28,744 bases of DNA from a virus. Lineage: Duplodnaviria > Heunggongvirae > Uroviricota > Caudoviricetes. This document shows, piece after piece, positions 21,680-28,744 of this stretch; positions within the stretch are counted from its first letter, which is position 1, and each line of letters begins with the position of its first letter. The stretch spans positions 1-28,744 of IMG/VR virus record IMGVR_UViG_2923307698_000001. One strand, given 5' to 3'. Position numbers and translations under genes: made by a program. A model generated the notes under the pieces. The model had not been told where the DNA came from. It worked only from the letters and a program-made list of their open reading frames with translations, and ran no database searches.

Positions 21680-21982
21680 ATGAGCGATAAGCAGACTGAA
21701 AAGACTATTCAACTGGATACCCCCATCAAGCGCGGTAAAACAGAAATCACCGAAATTGTGCTGCGTAAACCGCAGTCCGGTGCGCTGCGCGGTACACGCC
21801 TGCAGGCCATTATGGATATGGATGTGAACGCGATGATGACCGTGATCCCCCGTATCTCCAGTCCGGCACTGACTGCACAGGAAATTGCAGAGATGGACCC
21901 GGCAGATCTCACTGCCATGTCGGTTGAGGTTGTCACTTTTTTGTTGAAGAAGTCGGTGCTTGCCGGTTTACCGACAGCCTGA
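21680..21982 (+). CDS. E: P2-type tail assembly chaperone E
   Basis: 100 aa between tube and tape measure. Contains the slippery site T TTT TTG. Confidence 0.7.
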   Translation: MSDKQTEKTIQLDTPIKRGKTEITEIVLRKPQSGALRGTRLQAIMDMDVNAMMTVIPRISSPALTAQEIAEMDPADLTAMSVEVVTFLLKKSVLAGLPTA

Positions 21983-22116
21983 CGGTTGACGATCTGGTGG
22001 CTGATATCGCCACCATCTTTCACTGGCCGCCATCCGTTACTGACGTTATGCCGCTGACCGAAGTGCTGGAATGGCGGTATAAAGCGATTCAGAGAAGCGG
22101 GGCCAACGATGAGTGA
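21680..22116 (+). CDS. E+E' frameshift product (-1 shift at 21937..21943)
   Basis: Zero-frame codons ACT TTT TTG give the heptamer T TTT TTG at 21937..21943. The -1 frame reads VEEVGACRFTDSL...RYKAIQRSGANDE to TGA at 22114..22116, overlapping the T start at 22109. Confidence 0.6.
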
Positions 22117-25100
22117 TAACAACCTGCGGCTGCAGGTCATTCTTAATGCGGTTGACAAACTCACCCGCCCATTCCGTGTTGCACAGGCCAGTTCGAAAGA
22201 GCTGGCTGGCGCAATTCAGAATACCCGAAACAGCCTCAAAGAACTGAATAAGCAGGCTGGCAGAATTGATGAATTTCGCAAGACGCGCTCGCAACTAGCC
22301 ATAACAGCCAACAACCTGAACGCAGCCCGCGAAGAGGCGGCAAAACTCGCCACACAATTTGCTGCCACTAACAGGCCAACCGCCGCGCAGGCAAAGTTAT
22401 TCAGTCAGGCCAAAACACGAGTACAGGAACTTCAGCAGACCTATAACGGCTTGTTGGGGGCGGTCCAGAGACAACGTCAGGCACTTAAAGAATCAGGGAT
22501 TGATACCAGACAACTCAGTAGTGCCCAGCGAGAACTTAAGAAAAATGCTGAAGAAACAAGGCAGGCAATGGAGGGCCAGCAAAAAGCACTTAAACGTCTG
22601 GGTGAACAACAGGCACGGATGAACGCTGCCAGAGAACAATACTCAAGACGGCTTGAAGTGCGCGATCGCATCGCAGGAGCCGGAGCCACTACCACGGCTG
22701 CAGGGCTGGCAATGGGTGCGCCAGTGATGGCAGCAGTAAAAAGCTATACCAGCATGGAAGATGCCATGAAAGGTGTGGCAAAGCAGGTCAATGGTCTGCG
22801 TGATGATAATGGCAACCGCACTGCGCGTTTTTACGAAATGCAGGATGCCATCAAGGCTGCCAGCGAACAGTTGCCGATGGAAAACGGTGCTGTGGACTTT
22901 GCCGCACTGGTTGAAGGTGGTGCGCGCATGAACGTCGCAAATCCTGACGACAGCTGGGAAGACCAGAAACGTGACCTGCTGGCCTTCGCCAGCACGGCAG
23001 CAAAGGCGGCAACAGCCTTTGAGCTGCCAGCGGATGAACTGTCAGAAAGTCTGGGGAAAATCGCCCAGCTCTACAAAATCCCTACCCGCAATATTGAACA
23101 GCTCGGTGATGCGCTGAACTATCTGGATGATAACGCCATGTCGAAAGGGTCAGACATCATTGATGTCATGCAACGCCTGGGCGGTGTGGCAGATCGTCTG
23201 GATTATCGTAAAGCGGCGGCGCTGGGTTCCACCTTCCTGACACTGGGCGCTGCGCCGGAGGTTGCTGCCAGTGCAGCAAACGCGATGGTGCGTGAATTGT
23301 CCATTGCCACCATGCAAAGTAAGAGTTTCTTTGAAGGGATGAATCTGCTGAAACTCAATCCTGAAGTGATTGAAAAGCAGATGACGAAGGATGCGATGGG
23401 AACTATCCAGCGTGTGCTGGAGAAGGTGAACGCACTGCCGCAGGACAAGCGTCTGTCTGCCATGACCATGTTGTTTGGTAAAGAGTTTGGTGATGATGCA
23501 GCGAAACTGGCAAACAACCTTCCGGAACTGCAGCGCCAGCTAAAACTGACAGCGGGCAATGATGCGCTCGGTTCCATGCAGAAAGAATCCGACATCAACA
23601 AAGACTCACTTTCCGCTCAGTGGTTGCTGGTCAAAACCGGAGCGCAGAACACCTTCAGCAGCCTGGGCGAAACGCTGCGCCAGCCGCTGATGGATATTCT
23701 GTACACGGTAAAAAGCATCACGGGGGCGTTGCGCCGCTGGGTGGAAGCTAACCCGGAACTGACAGGCACACTGATGAAAGTAGCGGCTGTTGTGGCTGCG
23801 GTTACCGTAGGCCTCGGCACCTTAGCGGTGGCGCTGGCTGCAGTGCTGGGGCCGCTGGCAGTCATCCGTCTGGGATTCTCTGTGCTGGGTATCAAAACGT
23901 TACCTTCCGTTACGGCAGCAGTAACACGAACCAGCAGCGCGTTGTCCTGGTTAGCTGGCGCTCCACTGGCACTGCTGCGACGCGGGCTTGCTTCATCGGG
24001 CAACGCAGCGGGTTTACTTACTGCGCCGTTGTCGTCTTTGCGCCGCACCGCATCACTGACGGGGAATGTCCTGAAAACTGTAGCAGGTGTGCCGGTTGCA
24101 CTGTTGCGGTCTGGATTATCCGGTTTACGTGCGGTTGCTGTGATGTTTATGAATCCACTGGCAGCACTACGCGGTGGACTGGCTGCCGCAGGCGCGGTGC
24201 TGCGTGTGCTGGCATCCGGTCCGCTGGCGATGCTGCGCGTTGCCCTGTATGCCGTATCTGGTCTGTTAGGTGCTCTGCTCAGTCCGATAGGTCTTGTGGT
24301 TACTGCACTGGCGGGCGTGGCGCTGGTTGTCTGGAAATACTGGCAACCCATCACCGCATTTCTCGGTGGCGTGGTGGAAGGATTCAAAGCGGCGGCAGGT
24401 CCCATCAGTGCTGCATTCGAACCGCTTAAGCCCGTGTTCCAGTGGATTGGCGACAAAGTACAGGCGTTGTGGGGCTGGTTTACTGATCTGCTGACGCCTG
24501 TTAAGTCGACCTCTGCCGAACTGCAGAGCGCAGCGGCAATGGGGCGACGATTCGGGGAGGCACTGGCGGAAGGGCTGAATATGGTCATGCATCCGTTGGA
24601 CTCCCTGAAATCCGGCGTTTCCTGGTTGCTGGAGAAACTCGGTATTGTCAGTAAAGAGGCTGCAAAGGCGAAACTGCCGGAAAGCGTGACGCGTCAGCAA
24701 CCTGCGACGGTGAATGCAGACGGTAAAGTGATGATGCCATCGGGTGGTTTTCCGTCATGGGGATATGGCTTTGCGGGGATGTATGACAGCGGCGGCTATA
24801 TCCCGCGCGGGCAGTTCGGCATTGTCGGTGAAAACGGGCCTGAAATTGTCAACGGTCCGGCAAACGTGACCAGTCGGAGAAATACAGCTGCACTGGCTGC
24901 CGTTGTTGCCGGAATGATGGGCGTTGCTGCCGCGCCTGCAGAGCTTCCGCCGTTACATCCTTTGGCACTTCCCGCGAAAGGCGGCGAAGCGATGGTGAGT
25001 CGTGCAGCCACTGTGCCGCCCGCTCAACGGATTGAGGCACCGACGCAGATCATCATCCAGACGCAGCCAGGACAAAGTGCGCAGGATATTGCGCGGGAGG

Positions 25101-25186
25101 TGGCACGCCAGCTTGATGAACGTGAACGCAGGCTGAAGGCAAAAGCCAGGAGTAACTACAGCGATCAGGGGGGATACGACGCATGA
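22109..25186 (+). CDS. T: P2-type tail tape measure protein T
   Basis: 1025 aa. Long helical N-terminal half, Ala/Leu/Gly-rich hydrophobic repeats in the middle. Lies between E/E' and U. Confidence 0.8.
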   Translation: MSDNNLRLQVILNAVDKLTRPFRVAQASSKELAGAIQNTRNSLKELNKQAGRIDEFRKTRSQLAITANNLNAAREEAAKLATQFAATNRPTAAQAKLFSQAKTRVQELQQTYNGLLGAVQRQRQALKESGIDTRQLSSAQRELKKNAEETRQAMEGQQKALKRLGEQQARMNAAREQYSRRLEVRDRIAGAGATTTAAGLAMGAPVMAAVKSYTSMEDAMKGVAKQVNGLRDDNGNRTARFYEMQDAIKAASEQLPMENGAVDFAALVEGGARMNVANPDDSWEDQKRDLLAFASTAAKAATAFELPADELSESLGKIAQLYKIPTRNIEQLGDALNYLDDNAMSKGSDIIDVMQRLGGVADRLDYRKAAALGSTFLTLGAAPEVAASAANAMVRELSIATMQSKSFFEGMNLLKLNPEVIEKQMTKDAMGTIQRVLEKVNALPQDKRLSAMTMLFGKEFGDDAAKLANNLPELQRQLKLTAGNDALGSMQKESDINKDSLSAQWLLVKTGAQNTFSSLGETLRQPLMDILYTVKSITGALRRWVEANPELTGTLMKVAAVVAAVTVGLGTLAVALAAVLGPLAVIRLGFSVLGIKTLPSVTAAVTRTSSALSWLAGAPLALLRRGLASSGNAAGLLTAPLSSLRRTASLTGNVLKTVAGVPVALLRSGLSGLRAVAVMFMNPLAALRGGLAAAGAVLRVLASGPLAMLRVALYAVSGLLGALLSPIGLVVTALAGVALVVWKYWQPITAFLGGVVEGFKAAAGPISAAFEPLKPVFQWIGDKVQALWGWFTDLLTPVKSTSAELQSAAAMGRRFGEALAEGLNMVMHPLDSLKSGVSWLLEKLGIVSKEAAKAKLPESVTRQQPATVNADGKVMMPSGGFPSWGYGFAGMYDSGGYIPRGQFGIVGENGPEIVNGPANVTSRRNTAALAAVVAGMMGVAAAPAELPPLHPLALPAKGGEAMVSRAATVPPAQRIEAPTQIIIQTQPGQSAQDIAREVARQLDERERRLKAKARSNYSDQGGYDA

Positions 25187-25668
25187 TGATGGTGCTGGGA
25201 TTGTACGTGTTTATGCTGCGCACTGTGCCGTATCAGGAACTGCAGTATCAACGCAGCTGGCGACATGCGGCAAACAGCCGGGTCAACCGACGTCCGTCCA
25301 CGCAGTTTCTGGGACCGGACAACGACATGCTGACGCTTTCTGGTGTTCTTATGCCGGAGATAACAGGCGGCAGGCTGTCGTTGCTGGTACTGGAGCAGAT
25401 GGCAGAGCAGGGGAAAGCATGGCCCCTGATTGAAGGCAGCGGCACGATTTACGGCATGTATGTGATTGAGGGACTGAATCAGACTAAAACGGAGTTTTTC
25501 CGCGACGGTATGCCGCGCCGGATTGAGTTCACCCTGTCGCTCAAACGGGTGGATGAATCCCTGTCCGATATGTTCGGTGATCTCAGTGCGCAACTGAATA
25601 ATCTGCAGGACACGGCAACGTCTGCCTTAAGCGATATCAGTAAAACGGTGGGAGGGCTGCTGTCGTGA
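25183..25668 (+). CDS. U: P2-type tail protein U
   Basis: 161 aa, coupled start (ATGATGATG), between T and D. Confidence 0.7.
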   Translation: MMMVLGLYVFMLRTVPYQELQYQRSWRHAANSRVNRRPSTQFLGPDNDMLTLSGVLMPEITGGRLSLLVLEQMAEQGKAWPLIEGSGTIYGMYVIEGLNQTKTEFFRDGMPRRIEFTLSLKRVDESLSDMFGDLSAQLNNLQDTATSALSDISKTVGGLLS

Positions 25669-26765
25669 ATTTCAGCTCTGAACTGCTTAACAAAGGCAAC
25701 AAAACTCCCGCATTCAGCATCAGTATTGAGGGCAGGGATATCACCACTGTGCTGGATAACCGCCTGATGAGTTTGACGCTGACGGATAATCGGGGCTTTG
25801 AAGCAGACCAGCTTGATCTGGAGCTGGACGACGCCGACGGAAAAATCGTGCTGCCGCGCCGTGGTGCGGTTATTACGCTGGCGCTGGGCTGGAAGGGGCA
25901 GCCGCTTTTCCCGAAAGGGGCATTCACGGTGGACGAGATTGAACACACTGGCGCACCGGACCGCCTGACTATCCGGGCGCGAAGTGCTGATTTTCGTGAA
26001 ACGCTGAATACCCGCCGTGAAAAGTCGTGGCACAAGACCACCGTTGGGGAAGTGGTGAAGGAAATAGCTGCGCGGCACAAACTGAAGATGGCATTGGGTA
26101 AAGACCTGTCAGATAAACCCGTGGAACATATAGACCAGACCAATGAGAGTGACGGCAGTTTTCTGATGCGACTGGCGCGCCAGTACGGTGCTATTGCGTC
26201 GGTGAAAAATGGCAATCTGTTATTCATCCGGCAGGGACAGGGCAAAAGCGCCAGCGGTAAACCACTGCCGGTGATCACTATCACGCGTAAGGACGGCGAC
26301 AGTCACCGCTTTACCCTGGCAGATCGCGGAGCCTATACGGGCGTCATTGCCAGCTGGTTGCATACCCGCGAACCCGCGAAGAAAGAAAGCACCACGGTGA
26401 AGCGTAAGCGCAGAACTAAGAAGCAGAAGAAAGAGCCGGAAGCGAAGCAGGGCGATTACCTGGTGGGGACGGATGAAAACGTGCTGGTACTTAATCGCAC
26501 TTATGCCAACCGGAGCAACGCCGAACGAGCGGCGAAAATGCAGTGGGAACGCCTGCAACGCGGTGTTGCGTCATTCTCGCTACAACTGGCGGAAGGTCGG
26601 GCAGATCTCTACACGGAAATGCCTGTGAAGGTCAGTGGCTTTAAACAGCCAATAGATGATGCGGAATGGACCATTACGACTCTGACACATACCGTCAGCC
26701 CGGATAACGGTTTTACGACCAGTATTGAACTTGAAGTGAAAATTGGTGATCTTGAAATGGAGTAA
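25665..26765 (+). CDS. D: P2-type tail protein D (late control D family)
   Basis: 366 aa. GTG start overlaps the U stop (GTGA), RBS ggtgggaggg. Lys-rich internal segment. Last gene before ogr. Confidence 0.75.
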   Translation: MNFSSELLNKGNKTPAFSISIEGRDITTVLDNRLMSLTLTDNRGFEADQLDLELDDADGKIVLPRRGAVITLALGWKGQPLFPKGAFTVDEIEHTGAPDRLTIRARSADFRETLNTRREKSWHKTTVGEVVKEIAARHKLKMALGKDLSDKPVEHIDQTNESDGSFLMRLARQYGAIASVKNGNLLFIRQGQGKSASGKPLPVITITRKDGDSHRFTLADRGAYTGVIASWLHTREPAKKESTTVKRKRRTKKQKKEPEAKQGDYLVGTDENVLVLNRTYANRSNAERAAKMQWERLQRGVASFSLQLAEGRADLYTEMPVKVSGFKQPIDDAEWTITTLTHTVSPDNGFTTSIELEVKIGDLEME

Positions 26766-26833
26766 ATGGTTCTCAATATTGATATTTTGTGTATCATTGC
26801 AATGATTCTGATAGCAAAGGTAGGGATCTGGAT

Positions 26834-27052
26834 ATGATGAATTGTCCAAAGTGTGGTCATGCGGCGCACACAAGGAGCAGTTTTCAAGTAACAGAAAGCA
26901 CCAAAGAGCGTTACTGCCAGTGCCAAAATATTAACTGCGGGAGCACTTTTGTTACCCATGAAACAGTGGTCCGGTTTATTGTGACACCTGCAGTGATTGC
27001 CACAGCCCCTCCACATCCATTGCCAGGTGGTCAGGGCCATATGAATTTTTAA
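26834..27052 (+). CDS. ogr: Ogr/Delta-family zinc-finger late transcription activator
   Basis: MMNCPKCGHAAHTRSS...KERYCQCQNINCGSTF...: C-X2-C-X22-C-X4-C spacing and ~72 aa length match P2 Ogr. Position at the prophage right end next to att, as in P2. Confidence 0.8.
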   Translation: MMNCPKCGHAAHTRSSFQVTESTKERYCQCQNINCGSTFVTHETVVRFIVTPAVIATAPPHPLPGGQGHMNF

Positions 27053-27056
27053 GAAA

Positions 27057-27083
27057 GAGAACCTGCTACGGCAGGTTTTTATT
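27057..27083. terminator. Bidirectional hairpin terminator between ogr and the convergent orphan gene
   Basis: Stem aacctgc / gcaggtt with loop tacg, flanked by an A-rich run upstream and tttttatt downstream. Confidence 0.5.
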
Positions 27084-27561
27084 CATCTGGGATCTCACCC
27101 GTTTCAAGAAAATGTATAAAGCCAGGCTCATCTATGATGATAGTGCCTTTCATCCTGGCTGCCGATACTTTTGATGGGCCTGCATTGTAACCGCAACAGA
27201 GCATCTGAAGGTTTTGGGTTACAGATGTTCTTACCGTTAATCCTTGTTCATTCGCCTTATCAACCAACCTTTCTTTATCTGCTTTCTTAAATCCGGTGAA
27301 ACACACATCGAATGTATTTTTTTTCGGACCTGACTGCTTAGTGAGATGTGAGTAGTTTTCGGGGAGGAATGACGCGCATTCCTGAATGGCTTGTTCTTGT
27401 GAATCGTATTGTTTAAGAATGCGGTCTTTTCGGAAGGTTTTTATTCGATCGGTGTTCTTACAAATGCCCTGTATGTGATTTTCGCTATAACTGATGCTCT
27501 GTATTGAGTGAACACCGATACGACCATTTGCATTGATGTAAACAAAGTGAAGTTCTTCCAT
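27079..27561 (-). CDS. Orphan cargo gene: WYL-like N-terminal motif plus C-terminal BRCT-like domain
   Basis: 160 aa. ATG at 27561..27559 with RBS aagagg 7 nt upstream. N-terminus LHFVYINANGRIGVHSIQ...RIKTFRKDRIL resembles the WYL-domain R-x-F-R-x-D-R-I signature. C-terminus FDVCFTGFKKADKERLVDKANEQGLTVRTSVTQNLQMLCCGYNAGPSKVSAARMKGTIIIDEPGFIHFL resembles a LigA-type BRCT. Region is AT-rich relative to the P2-like genes. Confidence 0.55.
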   Translation of the reverse strand: MEELHFVYINANGRIGVHSIQSISYSENHIQGICKNTDRIKTFRKDRILKQYDSQEQAIQECASFLPENYSHLTKQSGPKKNTFDVCFTGFKKADKERLVDKANEQGLTVRTSVTQNLQMLCCGYNAGPSKVSAARMKGTIIIDEPGFIHFLETGEIPDE

Positions 27562-27587
27562 GTCAAACCTCTTTGCATGATTTCAAG

Positions 27588-27626
27588 ATGGCGACAGGCA
27601 AGATGGACGCAAAAGTCTGTCGCCAT
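27588..27626. promoter_or_regulatory. 10-bp perfect inverted repeat upstream of the orphan gene (possible operator or hairpin)
   Basis: atggcgacag (27588..27597) and ctgtcgccat (27617..27626) with a 19-bp spacer. Direct repeat caagatgg at 27584 and 27599. Confidence 0.3.
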
Positions 27627-27652
27627 TTTGCCGCCACTACCTAAGAAAAAGG

Positions 27653-27680
27653 GGCTACGCTTTCACGTAACCCCTTGATT
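27653..27680 (-). terminator. ssrA intrinsic terminator
   Basis: On the minus strand: GGGGUUACG ugaaag CGUAGCCCC followed by UUUUUCUU, immediately 3' of the tmRNA CCA end. Confidence 0.6.
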
Positions 27681-27707
27681 TATTTGGTGGAGCTGGCGGG
27701 AGTTGAA
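27655..27707. repeat. Proximal att-site direct repeat (ssrA 3' end plus terminator), partner of 1..52
   Basis: Identical to window 1..32 over 27655..27686, with a degenerate match beyond. Confidence 0.7.
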
Positions 27708-28047
27708 CCCGCGTCCGAAATTCCTACATCCTCGGTACTACATGCTTAGTCAGTCTTTACATTCGCTTGCCAGCTGCGGACGGACACGCCACTAACAAAC
27801 TAGCCTGATTAAGTTTTAACGCTTCAACCCCAGGCAGGGCTTCCACGCGATCTCTTTTGGGTTTGACCTCTCTTGATCCCCGTCCTAAGAGCGGAGGCTA
27901 GGGAGAGAGGGCTCTAAGCAGGTTATTAAGCTGCTAAAGCGTAGTTTTCGTCGTTTGCGACTATTTTTTGCGGCTTTTTACGAGGCCAACCGCCCCTCGG
28001 CATGCACCTTGGGTTTCGCAAATCCCGTCGAATCCAGAATCAGCCCC
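27685..28047 (-). ncRNA. ssrA: tmRNA (transfer-messenger RNA, SsrA)
   Basis: Reverse complement reads GGGGCTGATTCTGGATTCGACGGG...CCCGCCAGCTCCACCA, 363 nt. Tag reading frame GCA AAC GAC GAA AAC TAC GCT TTA GCA GCT TAA (ANDENYALAA) at 27926..27958. Matches the enterobacterial tmRNA as I recall it. Confidence 0.97.
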
Positions 28048-28261
28048 AATGTGTAAAGGTAAGTATACCAGATTTATGAGCGCCATGACCAGCCTCAATG
28101 GCGTTATCGTTAAAGATTTAGCACCCATGTAGCCTGATTTTTATTCGATTAAGCAATGGGATGGCAACATTTGTGTCGGATGTGATAGCCAATAAGATGT
28201 TGATTCGCGCCGCCGGAGAGGGAGGCGCGGTGAGGAACTGGTCAATAATTGGAGTGCAGGT

Positions 28262-28744
28262 TTAACGGTGGGCGTTTTTCATGATACGTGCTTTATCCAC
28301 CTGCCATTCGCGTTCTTTGATATCTGAACGTTTATCGTGCTGTTTTTTACCTTTGGCGACGCCGATTTTCACTTTGCACCAGGCATTTTTCCAGTACAGG
28401 GAGAGCGCCACTACGGTATAGCCTTCTCGATTGACGCGACCGTACAATGAGTCCAGTTCGCGCTGGTTGAGAAGTAACTTGCGGGTACGGGTAGGATCGC
28501 ACACCACATGCGTGGAGGCCACGGCCATTGGCGTGATGTTAGCGCCAAACAGAAATGCCTCTCCGTCACGCAGAAGGACGTAGCTGTCGCTGATATTGGC
28601 TTTTCCTGCGCGCAGGGATTTAACCTCCCAGCCTTGCAGGGCAAGTCCCGCTTCGAACTCTTCTTCGATAAAGTATTCGTGACGGGCGCGCTTGTTAAGC
28701 GCGATGGTCGCTGAACCAGGTTTATGTGCTTTTTTCTTCGTCAT
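28262..28744 (-). CDS. smpB: SsrA-binding protein SmpB
   Basis: 160 aa, [56 protein letters not shown].... Start codon is the last three bases of the window. Canonical smpB-ssrA arrangement. Confidence 0.97.

Noticed and set aside
23617-24588. 323-aa minus-strand ORF inside the P2-like tape measure gene
   Set aside because: Ala/Ser/Pro/Thr-rich antisense translation of a GC-rich repetitive region; a typical shadow ORF. The sense-strand tape measure gene explains the sequence.
27441-27626. 61-aa minus-strand ORF overlapping the start of the orphan gene
   Set aside because: Out of frame with, and mostly inside, the better-supported 160-aa gene. Its ATG lacks a convincing RBS.
28048-28261. ssrA promoter and smpB terminator in the smpB-ssrA spacer
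   Set aside because: A GC palindrome (cgcgcc...ggcgcg, ~28207..28230) and AT-rich stretch are visible, but I cannot place -35/-10 elements confidently by eye, so these are not annotated as features.

Overview
The window is a ~27.6 kb integrase-less, degraded prophage island inserted at the 3' end of ssrA (tmRNA), with smpB and ssrA at the right edge. All homology calls are from reading the supplied translations and DNA by eye; no database search or computation was run. The island is bounded by imperfect direct repeats of the ssrA 3' end plus terminator (1..52 and 27655..27707). From left to right it contains: a Pin/Hin-type invertase fragment; an autotransporter adhesin N-terminal fragment cut by an IS3-family (IS911-like) element; an HK97-like head module whose portal gene is truncated by the IS and frameshifted; a complete Mu-like contractile tail module carrying an AT-rich moron; an invertible tail-fibre segment with a Pin invertase; and a second, P2-like tail core (FI, FII, E/E', T, U, D, ogr). 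No terminase, lysis, replication or integrase genes are visible. The two candidates for something new are an orphan gene next to the att site (27079..27561, minus strand) with a WYL-like N-terminal motif and a BRCT-like C-terminal domain, and the moron at 11646..12318, which has its own promoter-like region, a palindrome, a terminator and a 7-T tract that splits its reading frame.
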